A stretch of DNA of 60,832 bases, the filler included, from Sphacelaria rigidula (Eukaryota): the NCBI GenBank assembly GCA_964200075.2. It is 8 parts of 8 records of this genome, joined end to end, with 100 filler letters (N's around TTAATTAATTAA, not from the genome) between each part and the next. Parts side by side here need not be neighbours in the genome. Positions count along the whole stretch, not along the records: positions 7,619 to 15,136 come from CAXNAA020014544.1; positions 15,237 to 22,753 come from CAXNAA020014545.1; positions 22,854 to 30,369 come from CAXNAA020014546.1; 5 more parts are not named here. One strand, 5' to 3'. Of this stretch, positions 11,931 through 23,524 are shown one piece after another; positions within the stretch are counted from its first letter, which is position 1, and each line of letters opens with the position of its first letter. Under the pieces are notes generated by a model, which was not told where the DNA came from, did not search any database, and saw only the letters and a program-made list of their open reading frames with translations. The translations under genes and the position numbers were made by a program.

Positions 11931-12855
11931 GCTATTAAACACCGCCAACCACGACGAGTTACGAAAATTCCCTGGCTTAGCGGAAAGCTACTACAGTACC
12001 TCCATGTCCGCAAGGTGCCGTACCGCAGCAACGTGCAAAAATCATGGCGGAACTTCTTGTACCTCGCACAGCGTCGTCAACGGGTTTCAACTGCGCCTTT
12101 TCTATTACAGACTGCAGCATCGTTCAAGGGTAGGGTCGGCATTCTTGGGCGGGGACTAGACGGGGTGTGACGAATAATACAGGGGGAGCGGGTGGGGAGC
12201 TCCCCGTGTCCGTCACGGGCTGCAATCGCTGACGGCATCCCCCAAGGCAGGCCCCGCCCTGTGGAATACAATTGTGCACAATAGTGCGACAACAGCAGAA
12301 GTTTTTTCAGGAGCGGCGGGAGGCACCACTCGCCACGCAACAGGCGGAGAATCTCAGTTTGGCTTCTCCGCCGTAAGTTTGTCTTGTGCTCTATTCGTAT
12401 TGAGCATTTCTACCTACCGCCACTAGCAGTTGTAGATGTTCGATGCGTGATCAAAACATGTTGAGACTTCGCTGATACTGGTGTGAAACTTGGCGTGGAA
12501 TGAATACGGCGCTTTTTGCTTCTTGTTTGCGGCCCCGTGTACATCGTCGTGCCTGTACTGTATGTCGTGAAGGGCGCTCTTTACATAAATACAGTGCAGT
12601 ACAGCGCGTTTGGACAATCTTGAAAAGGAGAAACTGATGCTGCGTCTGAAGCTTCGGTGTCCTGTGCTGCGGTGTACTGTTCTTCCTGCGATGTCAAATA
12701 TGTACTAGTGCAGTGTCACACCTGATCTACCGCATTCGAGGCATCCGTACAGTACATGGCTATTCAACGCATACAGCCGAACCCTAGTACAGTGCAGTAC
12801 TGCACAGTACAGAAGTAGTTACACAGGCGTAATGATATATCGATGCCTTTCACTC

Positions 12856-13065
12856 ACCCATCTGATAGTCGCCAGAGCGTGCTTTTCTGCCTGAAGTTCT
12901 ATCACCACCGGGTACTGACGCTTTAGCAGTAGCGGTCGGTATCTCCGCGTCCGTTGCCAAGCTCCTGGAACAAGCGGAGGTACCATTGACATCGCCGCCG
13001 TTGCCGAGGGGTCCCACAGTAGCATCAGCGGTGACCGCGGCCCCTGGATATTTAGGTTGCGCCAT
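12856..13065 (-). CDS. Possible exon, low-complexity protein of unknown function
   Basis: The open frame MAQPKYPGAAVTAD...DYQMG ends at a strong donor G|GTGAGT and is GC-rich. Confidence 0.35.
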
Positions 13066-14509
13066 GCAAGCACGAGGCTAGCAGTAGCGGCCGCTGCCGC
13101 AGCCGTTGCCACAGGAAATCGGGAAGACTTCCGCCGTGAGTTGCTGGTGCACTACGACGCCTAGGCACGATTTAGCGAAAACCAGCTAAATTGCAGCAGC
13201 TCTACTCCCTCTCCGTCTGTGTATGCCTGCTTCTTTCTTTGTCTCCCCCTATCTGGGTGCAACCGGCGAGTTTACACAAGGAATGCGTTAGATAATAGGC
13301 GGCGGAGCCGAAGCTCACACCAAAGCCAAGGGATACTACACGGTAGTACTACTAGTGGCGTTGCCGCTCGGGGATTGGTGTGGGGCGGCCGTGGGGCTGG
13401 GTGACCTTAAGCTCCTCGCAGGGAGTAAGTAAACTGTAGCAGCAACCCGTTCGCCACTAGATATTCCTGTGGCATATATTGCTATTGCTATTGCAAGGTC
13501 TACCAAGCTACGGGATTGCCAGGCTGCCCGACCCGGTAGCCGTGGCCGAGCTTGACTGCACTTTGTGAGTCGGTGCGGCTGAAATAGTCTGTGTGGGGGC
13601 AAGGGAAACTGTTCCGATGTTGTGATAAAATATTTAATTGTCAAGGTGCGTCTGTCCCACTAGTGACGACGCTGTTTAACACCATGCAACGAGCCTCACT
13701 TGGTGGAGTCAGCAGAATCGATGATTAAAATAAGCATGAACGACCTGACATTGCACTAGAGAGAACGTCCCTCAGGCCTTCGCTGCAGGGCTCTGATCCT
13801 CTTTACCTCCGCAACAGTGCACAAACTGGTGGTGAATATTTGGCGGAACGGGTTCACATGAATGCGGATACAACTGTGTACGGTGACCGCTGTACATCGC
13901 GAGATAGTCGCAAGATTCCACCTCTGGTCAAGGACCAAACTCCACGATCAATGGGTATCACCGTAACTCGAGTATGTTGTCCCTCAAGAGGGTATTTAAA
14001 CTCTTACCGGGTGACTGCTTGCTGGTTCTGAGGCAGTCATCCGTGTGGGGAACACGAGCCACCCAGTTTCGGTTTGGTGATGACACAACGGGTACTCGAA
14101 TAGAATTTTGATGCGTCAGACAGGTGGGTTCGTGATTGCCACCTTTCGAGTCTCTTCTCTTGATACCTATAAGAGCTGGTCAGCCTGAACACTCACATTT
14201 CCCTAGCACACGATAATCTTTCCAGCTTCCCGAATTGACCGGATCTACGTGTAACGCTATAAAGTGCAGACCTACCTGCTGATGTACGCTCTGCCGCCAA
14301 AAAAAAAGAAACATCGTACCGTAATTATTGTTGGATATGTACGACGAGCTGGTCCAGCCTTGACGCGAACTTGTAGTTCGCAGGCCCGGCGGCCTCCCCT
14401 CAATTTTGAGAGTTGGGCTTTCAAATTTGGTAAAGAGAATGATGAGGCAAAATGAAAAACCTCTCTGGCGACCCTGGGGTTTCCCCTTAATGATTTAAAG
14501 ACAACAATG

Positions 14510-15070
14510 TCCAGTTATCACCCGCTTTATTCAAGGTGTTCATTATTAATGATCTGATATTAGCGATAGAAGCAGAAAATCAAGGAGTCAAGGTGGGTGC
14601 AGATGTGGTATCAGGTTTGATGTTCGCAGTTGATTTTGTGGGGATTTCAGGAAAAGCAGAAGGAGTGCAAAAGCAGATAGACAAGGCTCTACACTACACT
14701 AGGGAATGGAGAGTGACAGCGACTGTTAACAAATGCGCGGTACTCGTCTGCAACGGAGATGAGAAAAATCTGGTAGAGTTCAAATGGAAGTGTGGGGAGA
14801 AGAGGGACTGCCGATCGTAGACCAGTCAGTATAGATACCTTGGCGTAGAGACCCCCAGAAACTGTTCTTGGGATGCACACACAAAGCAGTGGAAATAGGG
14901 TAAGGAGCAGATAGGCAGAATGGACGTGATCCTCAGAGACTCGTATATAGACACGAGGATGAAGATATGTATCCTAATGAACGTGATCAAAGCAAACCTA
15001 GGGTATGCAGGAGAGGTATGGGAGGGGAACGTGAAGTTGGTGAAGAAGTTGGAAACAGCACAGACTGTAT
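14510..15070 (+). mobile_element. Non-LTR retrotransposon RT fragment (degenerate)
   Basis: SPALFKVFINDL, GLMFAVDFVG (decayed FADD), NKCAVL, YRYLG and LGYAGEVW motifs across frameshifts. Confidence 0.9.
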
Positions 15071-15136
15071 GTTTTCGTGAGATTGAGAATCTTCGATACG
15101 ATTGAGAATAGGGTTGAGGCAAGCTGTCAGCGGTCG

Positions 15137-15236
15137 NNNNNNNNNNNNNNNNNNNNNNNNNNNNNNNNNNNNNNNNNNNNTTAATTAATTAANNNNNNNN
15201 NNNNNNNNNNNNNNNNNNNNNNNNNNNNNNNNNNNN
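15137..15236. other. Artificial contig spacer
   Basis: 44N-TTAATTAATTAA-44N. Confidence 0.99.
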
Positions 15237-15306
15237 GGTCAGGGAAAGCACGGCTTTTGAGTTGAACCTCATTTTTTTTTCAACCCCATTTTCGAAAATC
15301 GGCTGT
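15237..15306. repeat. Terminal arm of the palindromic MITE family also at 58844-59246
   Basis: AGGGAAAGCACGGCTTTTGA...TTTTTCAACCCCATTTTCGA matches 59183-59237. Confidence 0.75.
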
Positions 15307-16033
15307 TATAGCTGGACCCGGCACTGCACTGTCTACTGAGGCAGCAGGTATTAAGTGTTTCGCGTGCAACCAACACGGACACTACCGGCGGGATTGCCCT
15401 TCGATTTCTCAGGCGAAACGCAGAGGCCGGCAGAAAAAAGGGGGTAAGTCAGGCACCAATAATACCAACGGTTTGGAAAAGACGGCGAGGTGGTGTTCCT
15501 ATCATCGTTCCAAAACTCAGGATGATGCTGACTGCCGCATACAAAAAGAGAGTGCCGCTGCTGGTGTGGTGCACTACGCGCATATGGCGGCGTACCCCTC
15601 TAACGCAGTCATCGGTGCACCCGCACACCAGTCTCAACCAACGGCTGGTGTTACAGCATCAGGGTACCCATTTGCTGGCGGTTCAGAAGCTGTGGGTACA
15701 GCGGTAGGTGGCCCCTCAGGTCAGAATGGAGGCTTCTCATTTTCTGCCATGGCCCCGTCAACTCTCTGCCTGGGGAGACCGATTCAGCCTGGAGTGCCAC
15801 CCACCGGGGACGGTCGGTCATATGTAGCGATTGGGGAAGCCACGGAAAGTAGATCGGTACATCCTACTATGGGTGTAGCTTTGCTGGCTTCTGACACTCT
15901 ACTGTCGCTACTGATCGACAGCGGAACATCCGACAATTTTGTTGATAATCTTTAAAATCCTGGCTTACTGGAGACTTTTCCCGATTACACAATTTTACCC
16001 TATCCTAACCAAATAACTGCGGCCGGAGGACAC

Positions 16034-17278
16034 GTGTTAAATGCTACAGCTTCGGTTACTGTCTTAGGAAAGGTGACAGACCAACATGGAGTCTCTCACA
16101 AAGTATCTCTCCCATCTTATTATGTAGTACCAGGTCTAGGGCGTCATTTATTCTCCGTCAAGAACGCTGTCACAAGAGGAATCAATGTCGTGTTCGACCC
16201 GGCGAATCCGCGCTTGGAAGTCGCGTCTTTCCAACTACCCCTGGAACAGTTACTCCATAATCATGGCCTATACAAATTCACCATACGCGTGGGTCGTGCG
16301 GCCAGCGCGGGTACAGGACAGCGGGTGGCAGGGGGAGCAAAATATTCAGTGGCGATGTTAACAACAGCGGACGCAGAATTGTGGCACCGGCGCCTCGGAC
16401 ACGTGTCTAGCAAGACACTTCACACAATACGAGGCATGGACGGGAATGGGGTGATATTTACAGGAAATCTTTCTCCGTGCGACACGTGTGCGTTGAGTGA
16501 GAGTAAACAACACGCTCACCCCAAGACTGCCGTCTACAAAGTATCTCGTCCGTACGAACAAATCATTGGTGATATGATGGGACCGATTACCCCAGAAGCA
16601 ATTGGGGGATTTAAATACATCAGCAAGTTGACGGACTTTCTGACGCGATCGAAGTACGTATATCTCACGCAGTCAAAAGGCAATGCTCTGAAGACATTTC
16701 AGACTTTCATCCAAACGGAAGTGATCCCACGTGGAGCCCGTGTGCAGCGACTTCGTGCTGACAAAGGAGGGGAGTACACAGGAAACGAGTTTCACACGTA
16801 CTGTTCGAACGCTGGAGTTCGCATCGAGTTTGCTGCCACCAACACGCCTCAGCAGATTGGGATTTCCGAACGCGATGGAGGGACGCTGGCTGCTATGATT
16901 CGATGCATGCTGGCGGACAGCGGGCTCCCATCTTTTCTCTGGGGTGAATTGGCCTACACAGCTGCATACCTGATGAATCGTGTTCCGCACTCTGCGCTGA
17001 ACCTGGAGTACCCGTTTAAACGTCTCAACGGGTTTGAGCCGGAGTTGTCGCATCTTCGTGTGATTGGCGCCCGAGCTTTTGTTCATATTGAAGCACGCAC
17101 GAAGAAGCTTGCGACTAAGGCATTCGAGGCCGTCATGGTAGGTTATCCCTTCAACAGCAAAGGTTGGAGACTATGGGACGCCCAAAGAAGGAGAATCGTT
17201 GAAAGGGACAAAAAAAAACAAATACACTTGGAACTGGTCCCGAGCTTTCTATCAAACAACCGGTGGAAAAGCTGCTAA
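16034..17278 (+). CDS. Copia pol fragment: integrase
   Basis: 414-aa ORF with zinc-binding HHCC, rve DDE core and SH3-like C-terminus (LRVIGARAFVH...GWRLWD). Confidence 0.9.
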   Translation: MLNATASVTVLGKVTDQHGVSHKVSLPSYYVVPGLGRHLFSVKNAVTRGINVVFDPANPRLEVASFQLPLEQLLHNHGLYKFTIRVGRAASAGTGQRVAGGAKYSVAMLTTADAELWHRRLGHVSSKTLHTIRGMDGNGVIFTGNLSPCDTCALSESKQHAHPKTAVYKVSRPYEQIIGDMMGPITPEAIGGFKYISKLTDFLTRSKYVYLTQSKGNALKTFQTFIQTEVIPRGARVQRLRADKGGEYTGNEFHTYCSNAGVRIEFAATNTPQQIGISERDGGTLAAMIRCMLADSGLPSFLWGELAYTAAYLMNRVPHSALNLEYPFKRLNGFEPELSHLRVIGARAFVHIEARTKKLATKAFEAVMVGYPFNSKGWRLWDAQRRRIVERDKKKQIHLELVPSFLSNNRWKSC

Positions 17279-17961
17279 ACGAGGAGGACGCAAAACGATA
17301 TCAATCCATTGTTGGATCAGTGATGTATCTGGCACAAGTATCTCGCTATGATATTCAGTACGCTGTTAACCAGCTTGCTCGAGCCATGGCTGCGCCCGGA
17401 ATACCACACATGGCTGCAGCAAAACACCTCCTGCGATATTTGGCTGGCTCGATCGACCACAGCATATGCTACAAGAATGGCGGGTTCCACTTGACGGCAT
17501 TTTCAGACGCCAACTGGGGCAACAATCCCGACAACTCCAAATCCACGTCATCATACATCATCATGCTGGCGAAAGCCCCGGTTAGTTTTAAAGTCGGGCT
17601 ACAGGGACTTACTGCACAGTCAACGATGGAAGCGGAACTGGTTGCCGGAGCACTTGCCATCAAGGAGGCGGTCTACTGCTCGAATATGATTATTGATATG
17701 GGATGTGGATCATCGTTCAACACTGTACCTATCTACCTAGACAACACAGCAACTCTTCAAGTGATTGCCAACCGTATTTTCAGCGGAAGGACGAAACACA
17801 TCGCTTTGCGTTTTTTCTTCATGAGGGAATTGGTGGAATCTGGGAAGATCACAGTTCATTACATTGAAACAGAGAATCAAATAGCTGACATTGGAACAAA
17901 GTTCCTTTCAACTCAGAGGTTCCGTCATCTTATGAATCTCATCAAGAACTTCAACAACTAA
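17263..17961 (+). CDS. Copia pol fragment: RT C-terminus plus RNase H
   Basis: YQSIVGSVMYL, RYDIQYAVNQLA, FSDANWG, STMEAELVA, TKHIALRFFF. Confidence 0.92.
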   Translation: MEKLLNEEDAKRYQSIVGSVMYLAQVSRYDIQYAVNQLARAMAAPGIPHMAAAKHLLRYLAGSIDHSICYKNGGFHLTAFSDANWGNNPDNSKSTSSYIIMLAKAPVSFKVGLQGLTAQSTMEAELVAGALAIKEAVYCSNMIIDMGCGSSFNTVPIYLDNTATLQVIANRIFSGRTKHIALRFFFMRELVESGKITVHYIETENQIADIGTKFLSTQRFRHLMNLIKNFNN

Positions 17962-18396
17962 CAAAAGGCTTGAAAGGGGAAGCCAGTCCCTCTGTGTCTT
18001 CTTTCTGTGTAACTTTTGCGTGTTATTATTTGTTAAAAGAAACTTACTCAGGTTTTGACTGGACCAACACCGATGTGACTGTTCAAGCAATCAAGACCAA
18101 GACAACGACAACGACGAAAGCACGGCCGACACGGAGCGGATAGCTTACCGTAGCAGTAGTGTCATTAGTTTGAACAAGAAATGGATAGCTTATCGTAGCA
18201 GTAGTGTTACTAACTTCAAGTTTGAATATATTTATTTGCTATGTGTAGCTTCTTTGGAATTAATTAGTCAAGGTTTGGTGTGTTCAATGTGAGTATACCG
18301 TTCGTTCAATTTTTCAACATTATACTGATATTTTCATTTGAAGATGGTCGTGATGGAGTATGATATTTTCAAGATGCTATTTCCGTTGAGGGGGAG

Positions 18397-18723
18397 TGTC
18401 AAGAAATGATATATGTCTATTCATTTAGTAGTCAACGTTCAAGAGCATTAAGGGGTTGTCACAGTTGCAGCCTGTCATGCGGACTGTTAGACACGGAATA
18501 GTCGGTGTGATTGGTTACGGTTCAACATGTTGTAACCGTCAGAGTGATGGTACTGTAGATCTGTAGATGGTCACCTCCTTCTTTACTCTTCTCTCCACGT
18601 TCCCGGGAACCATCAATACAAGCTCCGTACGTTGTGTTTACATCCTTCTCCCGATCAGCTTAGCAGCTGTAGCGCCTGCCCTTGCGTCACGTTCAGGGTT
18701 CTACATACAGTTTAATCTCAACA
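18397..18723 (+). repeat. 3' LTR of the Copia element, preceded by polypurine tract GAGGGGGAG (18388-18396)
   Basis: The PPT is directly followed by TGTCAAGA. The imperfect inverted end TCTCAACA is at 18716-18723. Confidence 0.75.
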
Positions 18724-19691
18724 AGTCGTCCTTCGTTCTATACATATGGTATAGCGTCAACGTACCGCAGCATTCTGGCTGCAGTCAATCACTGCTAATT
18801 TTGGTAGAGCATCGTTCAGTTTCCCGGTACTGTACAGTGCGGCTGCACATCCATCGTGGGGAACGCGGCATGACTGACGATACGGAGCTGTAGAAGACGT
18901 GATAGTAAACTTTACGATACCGTCTGTACAACAGCAGTGGCGGTGAGGGCACTGATGGAATGTATCCATCGCCATAATTTGATGCTCTCTCTAAAAGTGA
19001 AGACGTTGTATTTTGGTGGCATCGCCGCCTTAGGTGTTGGGATCACAAGGTTGTGTTCTCATCACCCAGGGTGTTATACTCCATCACATACGGTAGGGAT
19101 CTTTTCAAAGAAGCTGCGGGGAGACTTGCTATATTGCCCTACAAACGCACGGCCCTCGATCCATGCGCGCGCAGTAATGACGGTACCCAGTGCCCGGGGA
19201 AGGTACGTAAACCCCACATACCGTAGATCAGTGCTCGCAACGTGCTGTACGTAAAAGCTCGTCGCCCGTTAGCTCATGTACCGCACGACAAACTGTACAG
19301 TGGTATTGTGGGGTACAAAAACCGCACGTGCCTTTGCATCGCAGTGGCACCAAGTTACTGACCGATAGTTTGCAACCGAAACATGTAAATAAGCAGGTCC
19401 GTCGTTCACCGTCTATTCACACGTGTGCCAACACGCGCACCCGACTACATGAGCACGCAGCATCTACCGTACCATGCCGTACCATGCCATATGATAGTAC
19501 AGTACGCTGTAGGACGTCCTTCCCAGCCTGTGCCGCCCCATCGCTGCTCCGCTACCGCCCGCCCCTGGACCACGGTGCATGTAGTTTATTTATTATATCA
19601 TTCTTCTTTCAAATTAAACGAACTTCTGTTCTCCATCCAATGAGATCAAAACGGCCGCACGGGTGACAGGATAATGTCATGCCCGACGCAC

Positions 19692-19866
19692 CTTTGTCCT
19701 TCATCCCCTGTATCATCTGCGCTAGTTTCTCCTCCGCTTCCTGGGGCGAGAGAGTGCGCCCCGCCGTCACCGTGTCGGCCTTATCGACACTCGTGTCTTC
19801 GAACGCGGCCCTTATCAGAGCTGCTGTTCTAGCGCCCGCCTTTTTCTTGCCCTTCCGTGGCGGCAT
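19692..19866 (-). CDS. First coding exon of an unknown protein with a basic NLS-like N-terminus
   Basis: AAAATG start, MPPRKGKKKAGARTAALIRAAFED...EAEEKLAQMIQGMKDK, donor AAG|GTGCGT. Confidence 0.65.
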
Positions 19867-20475
19867 TTTGCTATGTAAATGTCGTGGGCTATTTCAACTT
19901 GTACAAGATCTGACCTCAAGTGGCACTTGATATGCCCCTCTAAGCAGTATGCTCTGATGCTGAGAAATACCTTTGCTAGGTTGTCTCAACGGCACACACA
20001 GCACAAACATTCGAAACCGGCCGTTGGACCCAATAGAGAGACATGACTATACTATAGATGAGCCTAGGAGTGAAGATTTAGTTGATATCCAGTCATGTTC
20101 CATTATAACTCGACTTTAGTATGGGGTCATGCTTGGGTCATGAGCAAAGTTCCGGGGTGTTGATCTGGTCTGCAGTCGTATCATGGGAGGAAGGGAAATC
20201 CATCGCGGGTCTGACTGCTGAGCAAATGTTACGCTAAGTGGTTGTAACGGACCGGGTCGCGTGCAGACGGCTATCCAACAGCAGATGCCTGTTGTGGCGT
20301 GCATATCATACCGATTCATATGCACTTGAGAACCCGACACCGAAACAGGTTACGAACTGCAGTTTCCCACTCGATATCTTTGCGGCTGCGGTCTCGCTTG
20401 TGGTGTTGCCGCGTACAGCGTGCCAGACAAGTACCGGTAGGCTAAGACCAGCACCATCTACGGAGCGCACAAACC
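19867..20475. promoter_or_regulatory. Putative bidirectional promoter/5' UTR region
   Basis: About 610 bp with no recognised repeat between two divergent start codons. Confidence 0.45.
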
Positions 20476-20588
20476 ATGGGCGTTGCTCTGGTCGCTGGTT
20501 GCGCCCTCATTGCTTTCGGTCCATCCTTGATGCTGTGGGCGTTCGTGGTGGCAAAACGGCCTGCTCTGGTCATTATTGCCATCGTCAG
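20476..20588 (+). CDS. APH1: Gamma-secretase subunit APH-1, first exon
   Basis: ACCATGG start. MGVALVAGCALIAFGPSLMLWAFVVAKRPALVIIAIV matches the APH-1 N-terminus (GCxxIAFGP). Donor CAG|GTACG. Confidence 0.88.
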
Positions 20589-20919
20589 GTACGACGATCC
20601 GAGTCATGATCCCTATCGCCGTCAAATAACAATGCGAGTCACTGCTCTGCTCTGTGGATGGTCGATCCGGATACATCTTCCCCACGCACTCTGCTGGTTG
20701 CAAGATCTGACCGCACCACCCAACAATCGTTTATGATTGTAGCCCAGGCAACTGCACTTCACCCAAATTTTTGGATACTTTACGGGGGAATGTACATTAG
20801 CCGTAGCCTTTTTGCCGCTGGGAGGCTGAGGTAGATATGAAAAGTGTGAAAAGCGGCAGTTTCGCTCTTTACTGCGCCATCTTTCCCGAGTTGAAGGGTG
20901 TTATTAGGAGTAATTATGA

Positions 20920-21300
20920 TGATGATTGATTTTATTGTCGCACTTTAACTGACCCCCCAGGGGTCCAACCGTGGTCTCATGATAGACGTACCCAAGAAAA
21001 ACGAAACTGAAACATGCTTTAAGGAAATAAAAAAGGGGGAAAGGAAAAAAAAAACAGGAACAGAAAAAAAAGAGGGGTCGAACAGAAGGACATAGCAGAC
21101 TAAGTCGTGACAAAAAAAGTGATAGAAGTCAACAACAGCAAAGCACGAAAAGAAATGGCCGACCTAAAACAAGAAAAAGGAAAACAAGAGGAAACTACAA
21201 AGCAAATAAGATAAAATACAATGAAGCGATGGCAAAAAAAGAAGAAAACAAGAAAAGGCCTGAGGGATTCAGGGCAGCAGAGTAGGTACAGACACACAGT
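20920..21300 (-). repeat. Retroposon 3' end with (CAAT)n-like tail, same family as 49130-49598
   Basis: GTCGCACTTTAACTGACCCCCCAGGGG and ACATAGCAGACTAAGTCG are reverse complements of motifs within 49431-49576. Confidence 0.75.
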
Positions 21301-21564
21301 AAATACGAGAAAATTAGGGGAACCTGTATCAGGACGCTTTCAATAAGCTAATTATATATGAAGCCCCGTATATTGCCTTGTCACACCTCTCTGAATATAA
21401 GACCGAGTTTCCTGTCTTGGTCAAAATTGACCTTATATAAAAAGGGCACTCCACAGGTAGGGGTGTGTATCACGGCACTCCGTGTCTTGACGATGCCTTT
21501 ACGGTGGGAAAGCGCTGTCAAGTACCGGCGCAGACCCCTGCACCACCGTTTTACACCGACCATA

Positions 21565-22335
21565 AGACCCACTTTTGTGGCAGGCACGAATCTCGAGTTT
21601 TGCGAGTGTCGGGGGGAAATCGTTGTGAGATCGTGACTCCCCCCAATTTTTTGAGGTGACGTGCGTGCATTGACGTGCAGTGCTAGAGTATGAGGCATTT
21701 GATATCCTTGTAACAGCAGCAGAAAACAGTCTCGTGACAGCACAGGGCGTGCCTACTGCCCGCCCCAGCTGCTGTGCAACTTCGCACGGGGTTTGACAAG
21801 CGGATAATAAGTACTGACGCCGTACCCTGCGGCGATGGTGATATTTTATGCTGCGCTCGGCCGCGCTGCCACATGTATCGCTACAGCGAACGCTACTGTT
21901 GTACTCTCCTAGCTGTTGTCGCTGTACTTGAGGGGTAATGTACGGCACTGCACTACTGAACTCTGCTCGCGGACTGTTCGTTTTCTGTTCTCGCAATACT
22001 GACTGTGCCATCATGTACTACCACACGGCATTATCATGCACTGTACTGATGTAGTGTCCTGCACTACTGTTTTACCCTAGAGTACCAAGGTACGACATAG
22101 TACTCGGGATTGTTCACCACCTGCCTACTCTTCGGCTTCATGCACGACTACGCAGTACCCTACTCATGCAGAAAATAACCGTCTGTGTACAGAACCGTTT
22201 CACAAATCTGTGATACTGTACTATCTGTCCCATAAAGCGGTCACCCCGATTTTGAGTCCACGAATTTGAGCCCCTCGATTTTTTCGAAATCAGGGTCCCA
22301 AAAAAATCGAGATTCGTTGCCATAAAAGTGGGTCT
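21565..22335. mobile_element. Non-autonomous TIR element
   Basis: AGACCCACTTTTGTGGCAGGCACGAATCTCGA is inverted relative to TCGAGATTCGTTGCCATAAAAGTGGGTCT. Exact termini are unresolved. Confidence 0.6.
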
Positions 22336-22753
22336 AAGTGTGATATTTGCAGCGGTCACTTGGACGGGACATGTTGCGTCCCCAACCCCGAGTTCGACTC
22401 TGAGTTGAAGCGTACGTAGCGCACGTCGGGGAGACGATTATGGCGATGAACTACGCCAGTAGGGGAGTCGAAGTGCTCATACATGTAGGACTGAGTGAAC
22501 GTATTTTTCGACTTTGTCGTAAGTTGCTCACATACTCACGTGTAGTTTAAAACGGTATACCATGAAAGGATATGTTAAGTTGGGATGTTTTTCTGTGTAT
22601 ATTTTTGCTACTTCGCTATTTTTTTGGAAAAGGGGTATGTTGGGGTGGGCTGTTTTTTCCTTGCTGCTTCTTTGTCGTTTTTTTTTTTTTTACATGGTGA
22701 AAGCAAAATACTGGCCTTCGCCAAATAAAGGTGAGTCGGCAGGGGATGGGACC

Positions 22754-22853
22754 NNNNNNNNNNNNNNNNNNNNNNNNNNNNNNNNNNNNNNNNNNNNTTA
22801 ATTAATTAANNNNNNNNNNNNNNNNNNNNNNNNNNNNNNNNNNNNNNNNNNNN
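22754..22853. other. Artificial contig spacer
   Basis: 44N-TTAATTAATTAA-44N. Confidence 0.99.
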
Positions 22854-23524
22854 GGGGGGGGCTATCGTAGGATGTGTAACCCGCTTCTTGTACTCCACAT
22901 ATTTCGTATGAAACGAACGAGAAGCACACTCGGGATACAAATTCCCGTGACTGGAAGGCCGCAACTCTTCTCTCAGAACAGCTGGGATTACGGTCGTCTC
23001 CGCTGGCTCTTCGGTCGGTACCTCTGTAATCGACATTCCCGAGCGGACCGAATCGAAGGCTTCTGAACCTTCTTGAACTCCTCAGTTCACACCTGCCGTC
23101 GTCGCTGCATCACACAGCCGTGGGGTCCTATAAACTTCCGCTGCACGCAGCTCCAGCAAGTCTCCAGTCTGGATCAATCACGGGCCAGCCGTCTTTGCTG
23201 CGAGCTCAGCTTGAACCCTCCTTACGCGTCCGTGAAGCAATATGTCCGGAGCTGTCCAGACTCCTCTACTGAAAAATTTCTAGCAGTCACTAACGATAGC
23301 ACTACTCGCACTACTAGCACTAATGTCGATATTGTGACGCCAGCAGGTTGCTAGTATTGCAGCGTCTAATGCTGTTGAGGGACTCCCCAGTTCCACTGAC
23401 CTAAGGTTTCACTTGTTAGCCTTCACAACACCTTTTATTATCCTGGAGTTGCACCCAGGCGGCTCCATAAACCACATCAGGGTATCACCCCTGTGTCCAT
23501 GTCATCATCTATATCATCACTACA
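22854..23524 (-). mobile_element. Possible 5' end of an LTR retrotransposon (short LTR 23333-23524 plus gag-like start)
   Basis: A minus-strand 192-bp segment TGTAGTGA...GTCACA contains AATAAA and is followed by ORF MSITEVPTEE...FHTKYVEYKKRV. No canonical TGG PBS. Confidence 0.3.

Larger units (their letters stand above)
15345..18723 (+). mobile_element. Ty1/Copia LTR retrotransposon, 5'-truncated and lacking most of RT
   Basis: Gag knuckle CFACNQHGHYRRDC (~15357), protease LIDSGTS, GAG-pre-integrase LWHRRLGH..CDTC, integrase RADKGGEY/PQQIGISER, RNase H FSDANW/STMEAE/RTKHI/QIADIGTK, in Copia order PR-IN-(RT)-RH. Confidence 0.95.

Noticed and set aside
12147-12372. GGGCGGGG...CCCCGCCC mini-TIR and GGCGGAGAA/TTCTCCGCC hairpin as a MITE, Helitron end or terminator
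   Set aside because: The matches are short, with no TSD and no CTRR terminus. Intrinsic terminators are not expected in this eukaryotic context.
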